Positions 19,129 through 30,060 are shown, counted from the first letter of the stretch. The stretch is DNA of 64,000 nt from an uncultured Bacilli bacterium (GCA_947626895.1 CANQTY010000001.1:2477-66476); one strand, 5' to 3'. Program-made: numbers and translations. Notes: generated by a model not told the origin, from the sequence alone.

Positions 19129-20139
19129 CTAATTAAATAAATCTTCTTCATCATTAGAATAATAATTAGAGATGATATGATCAAAATATTCATAGATGGA
19201 TTTTAGTAAGAGATTATTTACATAATATTCCTTATGAAGGGGAATCCTTTTGTAAAATAAATAGTTGATGCGATTATTGACGCAGCGCTTTACACCTTTA
19301 TTTTTAACTAAAATATTAAATAAATATAAAGTGCTAGTGATTTGTCTTATCGCCGAATTTGCTAGCTTATGTTGTCTTGTTTCTTTAGAAACACCACATT
19401 CAATTAAAAAAGTATTAATTAAAAAATTTGGTGTCCTTTTCACATCTTTCTTATGAAGAATAGATAAGATACAAACACTATGTGCTAAAGCATTTCTAAG
19501 CTTATGGACATCCATCAAGATTGGAATATATTTATGATCTTCTAGATGATAATAAGTGGTAAGAAAATCAAAAAAGTTAATCAGTTCTCCAAAAGATAGA
19601 ATCTTTAAAAATTTACCCAAAGGAAAATTTGTGATTTTTCTTCCACTATCTAGGTTATATTTCAAAAATATATCTTCATAATATACATCATTTTTCTTAG
19701 ACATGATGGAATTATGAATTCTTTTAGGAAACCTAGAATCGTAATAATCTTGATCTAAGAATAAATTTACGATGTTTAATCCATCTTCACCCGGAATTTT
19801 TGACACGAGATTTTTTATTCTTAATTTAAGATTCTCTTCGATTTCGTTTGTCATTTTTTGAAGCAATTCCCTAACTAAAGAATCGACAAGGGATAAATCC
19901 TTTAAATAGGCAAAATCTACATCCATGAATTTTCCTTTAAATTCTCCATTTGGATAAAGTACAAAATTGTGACGATAAGAAACAACCGTATCATAATCTT
20001 TACTCGTCTTCAAAAAATATTCTGCTTCTTGCTCATTACAAAGCTCAAATTTAATATTTTTGCTTTTTAAATAATTAATCACTTCAAAAATATTCAATTC
20101 AGACTCTATAGTTGCAGTAGCAATATTTCCATTCATCAT
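19129..20139 (-). CDS. Abi_2-family (AbiD/AbiF-like) abortive infection protein
   Basis: 336 aa; LSFGELINFF and VHKLRNALAHSVCIL match the Abi_2 family hallmarks (sFG.l motif; R-N-x-x-A-H motif). Confidence 0.6.
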   Translation of the reverse strand: MMNGNIATATIESELNIFEVINYLKSKNIKFELCNEQEAEYFLKTSKDYDTVVSYRHNFVLYPNGEFKGKFMDVDFAYLKDLSLVDSLVRELLQKMTNEIEENLKLRIKNLVSKIPGEDGLNIVNLFLDQDYYDSRFPKRIHNSIMSKKNDVYYEDIFLKYNLDSGRKITNFPLGKFLKILSFGELINFFDFLTTYYHLEDHKYIPILMDVHKLRNALAHSVCILSILHKKDVKRTPNFLINTFLIECGVSKETRQHKLANSAIRQITSTLYLFNILVKNKGVKRCVNNRINYLFYKRIPLHKEYYVNNLLLKSIYEYFDHIISNYYSNDEEDLFN

Positions 20140-20372
20140 TTCACCTCCTTTGCTAATTTATTGCTTTTGACAATTTTAAGTGATCTTTTAACACATGTTT
20201 CTTGTTTCATTCATACTCCTTTCTTTCGCTAGATAGCGAATCAAAAACAAATGTTATGTCATAACACCCTCTATATATTAAATAGAGAATTCGTAAAAAA
20301 AATTGTCAAAAAAAATTAAAAAAATTTTTCAAAGGGTAAAAATTTATCTTTTCATAGAAAATTGCTTCTAGT

Positions 20373-20397
20373 AAAAAAGAGGGATTTCTCCCTCCCT
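20373..20397 (-). terminator. rho-independent terminator downstream of uxaC
   Basis: minus strand GGAGGGAGAAATCCCTC followed by TTTTTT. Confidence 0.7.
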
Positions 20398-20422
20398 TAT
20401 AGCTTTTTATTGAAATGTTTTT

Positions 20423-21841
20423 TTACTTTAATGTTTTAAAAGTGTTTTTAGCGTTATTAAAGCAAATATCCTCAACTACTTGACCAACAAAATCTAAATC
20501 ACATGGATATTCTCCATTTTCAATTAAATGACCAAGTAAGTTACAAAGAGTTCTTCTAAAGTATTCATGACGTGTATAAGATAAGAATGAACGAGAATCG
20601 GTTAACATACCAACAAATTTAGAAAGTAAGCCAGCATTCATATACGCTTTTAATTGACGTTCCATACCATCTTTTTGATCATTAAACCACCAGCCTGAAC
20701 CAAATTGAATCTTGCCAACGACTCCACCTTGCTGGAAGCAATTCTTTAATGTTGCAAGTACTTCATTATCACGTGGATTTAAGCAATATAGAATCGTTCT
20801 TGGAAGCTCATCTGTTTCATCTAAAGCACCGAGCAATTTAGCAAGTTTGCTTGCAAAGGGTTGATCTTCTGTCGCGTCAAAACCCGTATCTGGACCAATA
20901 AGTTTATACATTCTTTTAGAATTATTTCTTAAAGCACCGATATGATATTGTTGAACCCAATTATATTTATGATATTGTTTTCCTAAATAGACTAAAACAT
21001 ATCCTTTATATTGATTGAGTTCTTTTTCACTTAAAGTCTCTTTGTTTAAGACTTTTTTAAAGATTTTTTCTACTTCTTCTTTACTTGCATCTTCATACAT
21101 GACAACATCTAAAGCATGATCAGAAATCGCTGCGCCGTGCTTATCAAAATAAGCGATTCTTTCATCAAGAGCGAGTAAAAATTCATCTAAAGAATCAATT
21201 TTCTTTCCATGGAGTTCTTCTAAGCGTGCAAACCATGGGAAGAATGTATCTAATTCAACATTTAAGGCTTTATCAGGACGGAAAGCAGGACATACCTTGG
21301 TTTTAAAAGATGTGTCTTTAGCGATTAATTCATGATAATGTAAATCATCGATTGGATCATCCGTGGTATAAATGACTGCGACATTATTCATTTCAATCAT
21401 CTTTCTTGCAGTTAAAGTCTCTAACTTTTGATTCGCTTTATCATAGATTTCTTTCGCAGTTTTAGGATTTAATAAAGTATCAATTCCAAAATATCTTTGT
21501 AATTCTAGATGCGACCAATGATAAATTGGATTACCAATTGCGTAAGGCATCATTTCTGCGAATTTTTCATATTTTTCATAATCGGAAGCATCACCAGTGA
21601 TGTATTTTTCTTCAACACCAAACTCACGCATTAAACGCCATTTATAATGGTCTCCATAGTGATCTTGACCTCCTCCAATCCAAACTTCTTCTAAAGAGCG
21701 ATACTTTTTATCTTCATAGATTTCTTTAGGAGAAAGATGACAATGGAAATCAAAAATCGGCATCTTTTCAGCATGCTCATGGTATAGTTTTTTGGCTGTT
21801 TCAGTTTCTAATAAAAAATCTTTGTCTAAAAATGGTTTCAT
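20423..21841 (-). CDS. uxaC: uronate (glucuronate/galacturonate) isomerase
   Basis: MKPFLDKDFLLETETAKKLYHEHAEKMPIFDFHCHL is a canonical UxaC N-terminus; 472 aa. Confidence 0.9.
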   Translation of the reverse strand: MKPFLDKDFLLETETAKKLYHEHAEKMPIFDFHCHLSPKEIYEDKKYRSLEEVWIGGGQDHYGDHYKWRLMREFGVEEKYITGDASDYEKYEKFAEMMPYAIGNPIYHWSHLELQRYFGIDTLLNPKTAKEIYDKANQKLETLTARKMIEMNNVAVIYTTDDPIDDLHYHELIAKDTSFKTKVCPAFRPDKALNVELDTFFPWFARLEELHGKKIDSLDEFLLALDERIAYFDKHGAAISDHALDVVMYEDASKEEVEKIFKKVLNKETLSEKELNQYKGYVLVYLGKQYHKYNWVQQYHIGALRNNSKRMYKLIGPDTGFDATEDQPFASKLAKLLGALDETDELPRTILYCLNPRDNEVLATLKNCFQQGGVVGKIQFGSGWWFNDQKDGMERQLKAYMNAGLLSKFVGMLTDSRSFLSYTRHEYFRRTLCNLLGHLIENGEYPCDLDFVGQVVEDICFNNAKNTFKTLK

Positions 21842-21861
21842 AAATGATAACTCCTTTCCTT

Positions 21862-23331
21862 TTATAAAGTAACTCCATCTTTAAAGATTGAAATCTCTTC
21901 AAATCCATTTTCTTCATTTTTTGCTTTTGTGCCATTAATGATTGCAATAATCTTTTCAATGAATTGATTTTTTAATTCTTCCATAGAGGTTCCATCGATT
22001 AACGCTCCTGCATTAAAATCAATCCAATTCGCTTTTCTTTTTGCTAAAGAAGAATTCGTGGCAATTTTAACTGTTGGTACAAAAGTTCCAAATGGGGTAC
22101 CTCTTCCTGTCGTGAATAAGATGAGTTGACATCCAGACGCGGCAAGATTTGTACATGCGACCATATCATTTCCAGGTCCATTTAATAAATTTAAGCCGTT
22201 TTTAGTAATGAATTCATCATCAAAAACGACATCAACGACATCACTATGTCCTGATTTTTGTACGCAACCTAAGGACTTATCCTCTAAAGTGGTAATGCCT
22301 CCATCTTTATTGCCAGGTGAAGGATTTTCATAACACACTTGATGATGATTTTCATAATATTTTTTAAAATTGTTAATTAATGTGACAATTTTATGAAATA
22401 CTTCTTCATTTTTTGCCCTTGCCATTAAGGTTAATTCCGCGCCAAACATCTCAGGAACTTCACTTAAAACCGATGTTCCCCCTTGAGCGGTAATATAATC
22501 GGAAAATAAACCTACTAAAGGATTCGCAGTAATACCAGAAAATCCATCACTACCTCCACATTTTAATCCAACACGAATTTTAGAAAGATCTTCTTTTGTT
22601 CGTGTATCTAAATTCATCACACTTAAAATTTCTTTACCTAATTTTACCCCAAGTTCAACTTCATCATCGACATCTTGAGCTTTTAAGGCTTTAATTCGTG
22701 ATTTATTATAATCACTTAAACCCTCTAGAAAGGGTTCCATGCGGTTTTCTTCGCACCCTAAAGAAAGAATGAGAACTCCACCTGCATTTGGATGTACGAC
22801 ACATTTTTGTAAGATTCTTTCCGTGAATGTTTTATCATCTCCCATTTGAGAACAACCAAAAGGATGTTTTAAAACGATGATATCATCAACATTTTTCAAA
22901 TTTCCTTCTTTTAAAAGTCTTTCTTTAATGCGTTCTGCTTGTCCATTTACACAACCCACTAAAGGGACGATAAGAAGATTATTTCGAATCCCATATGTAT
23001 CATTTTCTCTTTTATAGAGATAAACTTCTCTTTTAGGAAGGGGTTTAATTTCTACTTTATTTGGTTTATATGTATATTCAAGTTCACTCGATAAATTCGT
23101 TTCAACATTATGTGTATGCACCCAGCTTCCTTTAGCTATATCCACTTTAGCATGACCAATAGGATAACCATATTTATAGATATTTTCGCCTTTTTTAATA
23201 TCCTTAATAGCAAATTTATGTGCAGTTTTAATATCTTCTTTTAAAATAATTCCTGCTTCTTCTTCGCCTTTTTTAAGGTCATGAAGCGCTACTCGAACCG
23301 AATCCGATTCATGAATTAAAAGCGATTTCAT
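21862..23331 (-). CDS. uxaA: altronate dehydratase
   Basis: 489 aa; SAF N-terminal domain; UxaA-type C-terminal domain; adjacent to uxaC and uxaB. Confidence 0.85.
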   Translation of the reverse strand: MKSLLIHESDSVRVALHDLKKGEEEAGIILKEDIKTAHKFAIKDIKKGENIYKYGYPIGHAKVDIAKGSWVHTHNVETNLSSELEYTYKPNKVEIKPLPKREVYLYKRENDTYGIRNNLLIVPLVGCVNGQAERIKERLLKEGNLKNVDDIIVLKHPFGCSQMGDDKTFTERILQKCVVHPNAGGVLILSLGCEENRMEPFLEGLSDYNKSRIKALKAQDVDDEVELGVKLGKEILSVMNLDTRTKEDLSKIRVGLKCGGSDGFSGITANPLVGLFSDYITAQGGTSVLSEVPEMFGAELTLMARAKNEEVFHKIVTLINNFKKYYENHHQVCYENPSPGNKDGGITTLEDKSLGCVQKSGHSDVVDVVFDDEFITKNGLNLLNGPGNDMVACTNLAASGCQLILFTTGRGTPFGTFVPTVKIATNSSLAKRKANWIDFNAGALIDGTSMEELKNQFIEKIIAIINGTKAKNEENGFEEISIFKDGVTL

Positions 23332-24785
23332 TGCTTTTCTCCTAAAAAAATGATTAAAGCTTTTTTCATTCCTTCTTTTCTTTGTAAGATGTAATATTTT
23401 CTTACCATTTCTTCAAAATTAGAAATCTTTGTTAAATCTTCTCCCCACATGGAAGTATCTTTTAAAACAGCATGAACGAGTTTTTCTTCATTTAAATCTT
23501 TATAATATTCTTCATATAACTTTTTAAAGGTTGCTAAATAGGCTTCATCATCTTTCAGAGCAATAACTTCCTCTCCTCTTTTTCCTTCATAGAAATTAAG
23601 TAAAGCCGCTAAAGAGAAAAGAGCATGACGTGGTAACATATTTTTACGTTCGATATAATCATGTACAGTCTTTAAAATACGCGCTTTATATTTAGAAATC
23701 GAGTTTAAAGCGATAGACATCAATTCATGACGAACATAAGGATTTAAATATCTTTCAAGAACTGATGAAGCAAATGAATTCATCTCATCTTTAGGAAGAT
23801 CAATTGTAGGAATGACTTCATCAAAGATAAATTCTTTTGCAAATCTTCCTAAATTTTCTTCTTCAATGGTTTCTCTTACCGTATCAATTCCATATAGATA
23901 AGAAACAGGAACAATCGCGGTATGAGTGCCATTTAAAATTTTCACTTTTCTTTCTTTATAAGGTTTAATAGAATCAGCATAGATGACATTAAGTCCTGCT
24001 TTATTACAAGGGAATTTAGCTTCCACAACGGCTTCTTTTTTAAGTACCCAAAGATGAAAAATTTCTCCCTTTACTAAAGAAGAATCAACATAACCAAGTT
24101 CTTTAGTTATTTCTTCGACTTCATCTTTAGGATAACCTGGGACGATACGATCCACTAAGGTGGAAGTAAAATGATTAGCTTTATCAAGCCATTCCATAAA
24201 TTTTTCATCATATCCTTTTAATTTAGCAAGTTCTAATAATACACGATGAAGTTCATCTCCATTATTATCGATTAATTCACAAGGAATGATGCATAATCCT
24301 TTATCATAATCTCCTTTAAAGTAAGTATAACGATGATAAAGAAAGGCTAATAATTTACCTGGAAAAGAAGTAGGACATTTCGTAAAATCTAAATCATTCG
24401 GATCAAGACTAATTCCTGCTTCTGTGGTGTTAGAAATGACCACTTCTAAATCACTACTTTCAGCATAAGAAAGATATTTATCATATTGTTCAAAAGGATT
24501 AATAAAATCATCTAAAACATCGATTACTTCATGGATTCTTTTGGCTTTACCATCTTCTAGACCTTGTAAATATAAAGTATATAATCCATCTTGTTTTTCT
24601 AGATCTTTAACTCTACCCATGGGCATTGGTTGCACAACAGCGACATGACCATTATAGACTCCTTTTTGATTCATTTTTAAAATAATCCAATCGACAAAAG
24701 CTCTTAAAAAATTACCTTCCCCGAATTGAAGCACTTTTATCGGTGCTTTTGTTTTTTTATAAATTGATTGATTTAATTGTTCCAT
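23328..24785 (-). CDS. uxaB: altronate oxidoreductase (tagaturonate reductase), mannitol dehydrogenase family
   Basis: FGEGNFLRAFVDW NAD-binding motif of the long-chain mannitol DH family; 485 aa; 4-nt overlap with uxaA. Confidence 0.8.
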   Translation of the reverse strand: MEQLNQSIYKKTKAPIKVLQFGEGNFLRAFVDWIILKMNQKGVYNGHVAVVQPMPMGRVKDLEKQDGLYTLYLQGLEDGKAKRIHEVIDVLDDFINPFEQYDKYLSYAESSDLEVVISNTTEAGISLDPNDLDFTKCPTSFPGKLLAFLYHRYTYFKGDYDKGLCIIPCELIDNNGDELHRVLLELAKLKGYDEKFMEWLDKANHFTSTLVDRIVPGYPKDEVEEITKELGYVDSSLVKGEIFHLWVLKKEAVVEAKFPCNKAGLNVIYADSIKPYKERKVKILNGTHTAIVPVSYLYGIDTVRETIEEENLGRFAKEFIFDEVIPTIDLPKDEMNSFASSVLERYLNPYVRHELMSIALNSISKYKARILKTVHDYIERKNMLPRHALFSLAALLNFYEGKRGEEVIALKDDEAYLATFKKLYEEYYKDLNEEKLVHAVLKDTSMWGEDLTKISNFEEMVRKYYILQRKEGMKKALIIFLGEKQ

Positions 24786-24829
24786 AAATATTGCTCCTAT
24801 GAATAAAAGCAGGGAAAGCCCTGCTTTGA

Positions 24830-25966
24830 TTATTCTTTATTTTCTTCGTCATCCGTGATGACAAGTTCGCTTTCTCCATCAAAGATATGTAAGCTTTCAT
24901 AGTCGACATAGAAATCGATAGGATCGCCAATCTTGTAATCATCCGATGGTGTGGTTCGAATGATGAGATGGTTTTCTCCTAAAGTGACATAGATATTCAT
25001 CGTATCACCGAGCATTTCTGTAATTTCCACTTCTCCATGGAAAGCGATATCTCCAACCTTTTTCTTAGATTCTTCTCCTTCTTCTTTAGTAAGTGGAGCA
25101 AGTTTAATGCTTTCAGGACGGAAGCCAATGACGACATCTTTTCCTTCAGCTTTCTTCATGACATTCTTTAGTTTTGTACCAAAGCTAAATTCTAAACTAT
25201 CTTGTCCGATGAATTTCTTCTTTTCAATCTTTCCTTTTAAGAAGTTCATTGGGGGATCACCAATAAATCCTGCGACGAATAGATTCGCTGGTCTAAAGTA
25301 TAAGTCCGCGGGAGTACCCACTTGTTGAATACGACCAAGCTTCATTACGACGATTCTTGTTGCCATTGTCATAGCTTCGATTTGGTCATGGGTGACGTAA
25401 ATTGTTGTCGCTCCGACCATACGGTGGATTTTAACAAGTTCCGCGCGCATAGAAACACGCATCTTAGCATCGAGATTTGAAAGTGGTTCATCCATTAAGA
25501 AGACATCCGCATGACGAATAACCGCTCTACCTAAAGCAACACGTTGACGTTGTCCACCAGATAGATTTCTAGGTTTTCTTTCTAAATATTCAGTTAAACC
25601 CATAATCTTAGATGTTTCTTTAACTCTTTCATCAATTTCATCTTCATCAAATCCTGCAAGTTTTAAACCGAAAGCAAGATTTTCATAGACACTTAAATGA
25701 GGATATAAGGCGTAAGATTGGAACACCATTGCAATTCCTCTTTCTTTTGGGGGTAAAGAATTGACGACTTTACCATTAATCGTTAAAGTACCACGAGTGA
25801 TTTCTTCTAGACCTGCAATCATTCTTAAGGTCGTAGATTTACCACATCCAGATGGACCAACGAAGACAATAAATTCTTTATCTTTAATCTCTAAATTGAA
25901 ATTATGGACGGCGTGGAACCCATTGTCATAAACCTTTTCAATATTTTTTAGGCTGATATCTGACAT
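24830..25966 (-). CDS. msmX: sugar ABC transporter ATP-binding protein (MsmX/MalK/UgpC-like), no cognate permease adjacent
   Basis: Walker A GPSGCGKST; signature LSGGQRQR; Walker B VFLMDEPLSNLD; C-terminal MalK-type regulatory domain. Confidence 0.85.
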   Translation of the reverse strand: MSDISLKNIEKVYDNGFHAVHNFNLEIKDKEFIVFVGPSGCGKSTTLRMIAGLEEITRGTLTINGKVVNSLPPKERGIAMVFQSYALYPHLSVYENLAFGLKLAGFDEDEIDERVKETSKIMGLTEYLERKPRNLSGGQRQRVALGRAVIRHADVFLMDEPLSNLDAKMRVSMRAELVKIHRMVGATTIYVTHDQIEAMTMATRIVVMKLGRIQQVGTPADLYFRPANLFVAGFIGDPPMNFLKGKIEKKKFIGQDSLEFSFGTKLKNVMKKAEGKDVVIGFRPESIKLAPLTKEEGEESKKKVGDIAFHGEVEITEMLGDTMNIYVTLGENHLIIRTTPSDDYKIGDPIDFYVDYESLHIFDGESELVITDDEENKE

Positions 25967-26182
25967 ATAACTAACCTCCTTATTAATTTACATCATATTT
26001 ATTATAGCAAATTTTTTTGATTTGCATATGTATCGCTAGCACAAGAAATTCGTCATTTTGGGGTTAAAATGTTGTTTTTGAAACAATTTTATTCATAGAT
26101 GAAATAATTTTGAAAAAATTATATCTAAAACATACGCCTTTTATTCTTGATGAGATTTTTTTAGAAAATGAATTCATCTAGA

Positions 26183-26902
26183 TTAATTTTCATAAGTATC
26201 TTTTTTAGATGAAATGATTTTATTTAAGGGTAAAAAGAAATTTTTAACTTCTAAATTTTGAAAATGGATATCTTCGACAAAAAATTTAGCTATTAAAATA
26301 GCTCCCTCGTAGCGTTGATGAGAATCATCGTGTTCTCCATGAGGGTAATGTTCATATAAACCCTCCTCAAAATTCATAAAATAAGCTTTCGATTTTTCTT
26401 CCCCTATTGATTCATAAAATTCTTTGGTTTTTAAATTTAAATCCACGAAAGGTACATCATTTTCTTTAGCGCATTTTTTTACAGCTTCAATATATTCTCC
26501 ATGTGTATTGATGATTTTTCCATTTTGAAATTTACGACGGATAATTGGAGTCGTTAAAATCACTTTAGCCTCATGGCTTTTTGCTATATTAATAAAATAG
26601 GATAGATTATCAATGAATCCTCCATAAGGAGAAACATATCGAGACGGATCATATTCTTTTTGATCGTTATGGCCAAAACCAATAATTAATAAATCATCTT
26701 TTTTAATATGTTCTTCAATATATTGAAAATAGCCTAAATCTAAAAAAGATTTCGTTGATGTACCATTTTTTGCTAAATTGATAATTTCTACATCTTCTTG
26801 AGCAAATAAATATAATACTTGTCCCCATCCTGTCTGAGGATAAGTATCATATAAATTCGTTTGCATGATAGAATCACCTATCATGAAAATTGTGCGTTTC
26901 AT
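26183..26902 (-). CDS. SGNH/GDSL hydrolase (rhamnogalacturonan acetylesterase-like)
   Basis: MIGDSIM block I; GHNDQ block; fits the pectin/uronate context. Confidence 0.65.
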   Translation of the reverse strand: MKRTIFMIGDSIMQTNLYDTYPQTGWGQVLYLFAQEDVEIINLAKNGTSTKSFLDLGYFQYIEEHIKKDDLLIIGFGHNDQKEYDPSRYVSPYGGFIDNLSYFINIAKSHEAKVILTTPIIRRKFQNGKIINTHGEYIEAVKKCAKENDVPFVDLNLKTKEFYESIGEEKSKAYFMNFEEGLYEHYPHGEHDDSHQRYEGAILIAKFFVEDIHFQNLEVKNFFLPLNKIISSKKDTYEN

Positions 26903-26906
26903 TTAA

Positions 26907-27170
26907 TTAATCATCAAACCAATTATTTTTGATAAATTTTAAGGTTTCCCCAAAATCTTCTTCTTGCATCGCTGCCATAGCAAACATATAAGAAGGCATT
27001 TTAATCGCTTCTTTAGGATTAAAGAAGACATCTTCTCCTGGAAGTAGATATTGCTTTACAATATAAAGATCTTTCCCATTTTGTAAAAGAGATTTACCAT
27101 AGTAAGAACAAAGTACTCTTCCTAAAATATCACTTTCTTTTAAACTTTTCTTTTCCTTTTCCATATTCAA
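26907..27170 (-). CDS. small hypothetical protein (87 aa)
   Basis: ORF packed between the kdgK and SGNH genes with short gaps; no recognisable motif; could be a domain remnant. Confidence 0.3.
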   Translation of the reverse strand: MNMEKEKKSLKESDILGRVLCSYYGKSLLQNGKDLYIVKQYLLPGEDVFFNPKEAIKMPSYMFAMAAMQEEDFGETLKFIKNNWFDD

Positions 27171-27184
27171 TGTTTCCTTTCTAT

Positions 27185-28198
27185 TTATCGAATGACTCCT
27201 TTTGAGCCACTAGATACTAAATAATCATACACATCTTCTTCTTTAAGTCTAGAAGAATCGCCTGAAATTGTGTGTTTTAATACGCTTGTTACAAGACCAA
27301 AGTCTACTGCGTGATGTAAATCAGATGGATTTTTAAGGAGGCAATGAATGACCCCTGAAGCAAAAGCATCACCTGCACCAATACGATCCAAAATTTGGAA
27401 ACGGAAGGCTTGAGAATGATATTCATCCTCTTTTGTAATCACACTTGCACTTAAAGCATTTTCGGTCGCAGAAAAGATGCTTCTATCCGTAGAAAATACG
27501 GCTTTTATTTGATATTTATCTAATAACTTATGCATCACATCGCGCTTTTTCTCTTCCATTGAAGCATTTTCATCTGTTGGAGCAATTCCCATCATGTGAT
27601 TTGCATCCCAATAAGAAGCAAAAAGATAATCAACATAAGGTAATGTTTCAAAATAAGCCTCTCTTGCGGTTTCTTCATCCCATAAACGTGAACGATAGTT
27701 AAAATCAAAACTCACGGGAACGTTATATTTGCGGCAATACTTTAAGCATTCATAAGTGACTTTTCTAACTCTAATTCCTAAAGATAAAGTAATACCTGAA
27801 ATATGGAACCAAGTGGCATCTTTAAAAATTTCATCAAAATTAAATTCACTGCAATCGATACGTGTAAAAGCACTGTGCTTGCGGTTATAAATAACTTTAC
27901 TAGGTCTTCCTCCAAAACCGGATTCATAAAAATAAATCCCCATTAAAGATGATCCACGAGCGACATAATCGGTATTGACATTATGACTTCGCAAATGTTT
28001 AATGGCAGAATCTCCAACCTCTGTAGGAGGTAATTTAGAAATAAAAAAGCAACGATGACCAAAATAGGCTAAAGAGACGGCGACATTTGCTTCTGCGCCA
28101 CCATAATTTGCCATAAAGGAACGTGTTTGATCAATTCGTGCATAATCTGGGGGTGTTAATCTTAACATGATTTCTCCCATGGTCAATATTTTTTCCAT
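27185..28198 (-). CDS. kdgK: 2-dehydro-3-deoxygluconokinase (PfkB family)
   Basis: MGEIMLRLTPP..YGGAEANVAVSLAYFGH N-terminus; C-terminal GAGDAF motif. Confidence 0.85.
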   Translation of the reverse strand: MEKILTMGEIMLRLTPPDYARIDQTRSFMANYGGAEANVAVSLAYFGHRCFFISKLPPTEVGDSAIKHLRSHNVNTDYVARGSSLMGIYFYESGFGGRPSKVIYNRKHSAFTRIDCSEFNFDEIFKDATWFHISGITLSLGIRVRKVTYECLKYCRKYNVPVSFDFNYRSRLWDEETAREAYFETLPYVDYLFASYWDANHMMGIAPTDENASMEEKKRDVMHKLLDKYQIKAVFSTDRSIFSATENALSASVITKEDEYHSQAFRFQILDRIGAGDAFASGVIHCLLKNPSDLHHAVDFGLVTSVLKHTISGDSSRLKEEDVYDYLVSSGSKGVIR

Positions 28199-28208
28199 TT
28201 AGTTTCTC

Positions 28209-29024
28209 CTATTCTACCTCATAACTTTCTTGAGGATTTAAACATATTTTTTGTTGATTGATTCGACAATAAATCTTTTCATTGCTGTCGTTTATCACTT
28301 GATTTTCTTTGATTTTTACTTTTTTTATCGCTTCTAAATAAGTCGCAACTTCTTGATTTGTTAAATATGCAACGTCTTCTAAATCTTTTAATTTTAAACA
28401 AATCTTATCAAATGTGGCCCAATCATGTTGATCTTCAAATTCATAACTATGACCCCATATGTAAAAAAGCGCTAATGGTTCATTGGTTTTTAAAAATTTT
28501 TCAATCATTTCATCAAGACGAACATCATTATGATGAATCGTAGGATTCCATTTTAAAAATGAGGAAGGAATTTTAAAATCATAGGTCGATTTGGTTGTTC
28601 TTGCATAAAGAATATGATTATTTTCTAATGCTTTTAATGTTTCTTCATTATATGTTCCAAAAGGATAAGCAAAGCCTTTGATTTCTTGATGAAAGATCGC
28701 TTTTAAATTTTTCATATCTTCTTTTATTTGAAAATCATTATCTTCATAAGATAGATTTTCCATATGAAGATGATATAAAGAATGAGAAGCAATTTCGTGA
28801 CCCATATAAAGAAGATTTAGCTCTTTATTATCAAGACGAGAATTATCGATTCCATCTCTAAATTTTATTTGACTAAATAAGCCAGAATTTAAATTAAATG
28901 TACCCTTAAAATGAGCCTCATTCATCTTCTTTAATAAAGGAATATCTTGAATAACTCCATCATCATAACTAAAAGTAAGACATTTACTTTCAAAATTTGG
29001 ATAATAAAAATATATAGAATTCAT
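28209..29024 (-). CDS. polysaccharide deacetylase (NodB homology domain, CE4)
   Basis: TFSYDDG motif-1; HSLYH His motifs. Confidence 0.65.
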   Translation of the reverse strand: MNSIYFYYPNFESKCLTFSYDDGVIQDIPLLKKMNEAHFKGTFNLNSGLFSQIKFRDGIDNSRLDNKELNLLYMGHEIASHSLYHLHMENLSYEDNDFQIKEDMKNLKAIFHQEIKGFAYPFGTYNEETLKALENNHILYARTTKSTYDFKIPSSFLKWNPTIHHNDVRLDEMIEKFLKTNEPLALFYIWGHSYEFEDQHDWATFDKICLKLKDLEDVAYLTNQEVATYLEAIKKVKIKENQVINDSNEKIYCRINQQKICLNPQESYEVE

Positions 29025-29025
29025 G

Positions 29026-30060
29026 TTATTTCATAGAATTTAAGAGATGATGAATCGCTTCATCATGTTTCTTTTTAGAAAAGCGTTTGGCACTTTCATA
29101 AACTTCAAATTTCTTTTTGGCAAGACGAATTTTATCACTAAAGATTTTTAAAATAGCCTCGGTGGCATGCTCATTATCATCGACATAAATCCCTGTATCT
29201 TCAAGAATGGAATGAGCGTAAGGATTATTTGACATCGAAATCACTGGAACTGAAGAAGTAATCGCTTCAAGAAGCATCAAGGGGTAAAATAAATCCCCAG
29301 CTAGATATAAGAATAAATCCGCTTCCATGAAGTAACGATGTAATTCATCAAAAGGCACAATTTCTACGCAATTTTCTAACTCTAAAGCAATTACTTCATC
29401 ATTCATTTCATCCTCTAAAGAACCCTCACCACAGATGGTCATTAAAAATTTAAGATTATTTTCTTTTAATTTTTTAGCAATTTGAATTGCCATCATAGGA
29501 TTTCTTTCTTTTTCTAAAGAAGAAATGAGTAAGATTCGATTCCCGTGGAATTTATAATCTTCATGTCCTTCAAAGCGTGAAAATGGAGGAACATAAAAGA
29601 AACGATCTTGAATATCACTATGTAAAGCACATTCTTTTTGATATTCTTCATAAGAAAAGAATGAAACGGCATCAAAATAATGATAATCCTCAATTTTTTC
29701 AAATCCCGTCATCCAGACTTTTCTTCCTTGGCTAGGAAGATATGGGATAACGATTTTTGAATATAAGAAGAAGACATCGTCACCATGGAGAACTCCTGCA
29801 AATTGATCAGAAAATTTCTTTCCATCTTTTTTTAGAGCTTCTTCTAATTCATTTAAATTATGAGGAAGTGAAAAAGATCGCACACTCACACGAGGATGGA
29901 CTTTAAAAGTAGGATGAATTCTTTTATTATCAATTTCCTCTAAAGCAAATAAAAATACGTCGAATTCTTCGGCTAATTCACTTGCCATACTCACCGCAGA
30001 AAGTTCTGCAGTATCTACCTGATTCAATTGCTGAACGATAAAGATTAATCTTCGTTTCAT
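29026..30060 (-). CDS. glycosyltransferase family 4-like (group 1), degenerate
   Basis: C-terminal GT-B motif LLEAITSSVPVIS and E ... E spacing; N-terminal domain divergent. Confidence 0.5.
   Translation of the reverse strand: MKRRLIFIVQQLNQVDTAELSAVSMASELAEEFDVFLFALEEIDNKRIHPTFKVHPRVSVRSFSLPHNLNELEEALKKDGKKFSDQFAGVLHGDDVFFLYSKIVIPYLPSQGRKVWMTGFEKIEDYHYFDAVSFFSYEEYQKECALHSDIQDRFFYVPPFSRFEGHEDYKFHGNRILLISSLEKERNPMMAIQIAKKLKENNLKFLMTICGEGSLEDEMNDEVIALELENCVEIVPFDELHRYFMEADLFLYLAGDLFYPLMLLEAITSSVPVISMSNNPYAHSILEDTGIYVDDNEHATEAILKIFSDKIRLAKKKFEVYESAKRFSKKKHDEAIHHLLNSMK

Noticed and set aside
24757-24942. 61-aa ORF spanning the msmX/uxaB junction
   Set aside because: Overlaps both genes. The junction instead contains an intercistronic hairpin (AGCAGGG-AAAG-CCCTGCT).
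26072-26086. cre (CcpA) site call for the TTGTTTTTGAAACAA palindrome
   Set aside because: Lacks the central CG of the cre consensus. Retained only as a generic candidate operator.
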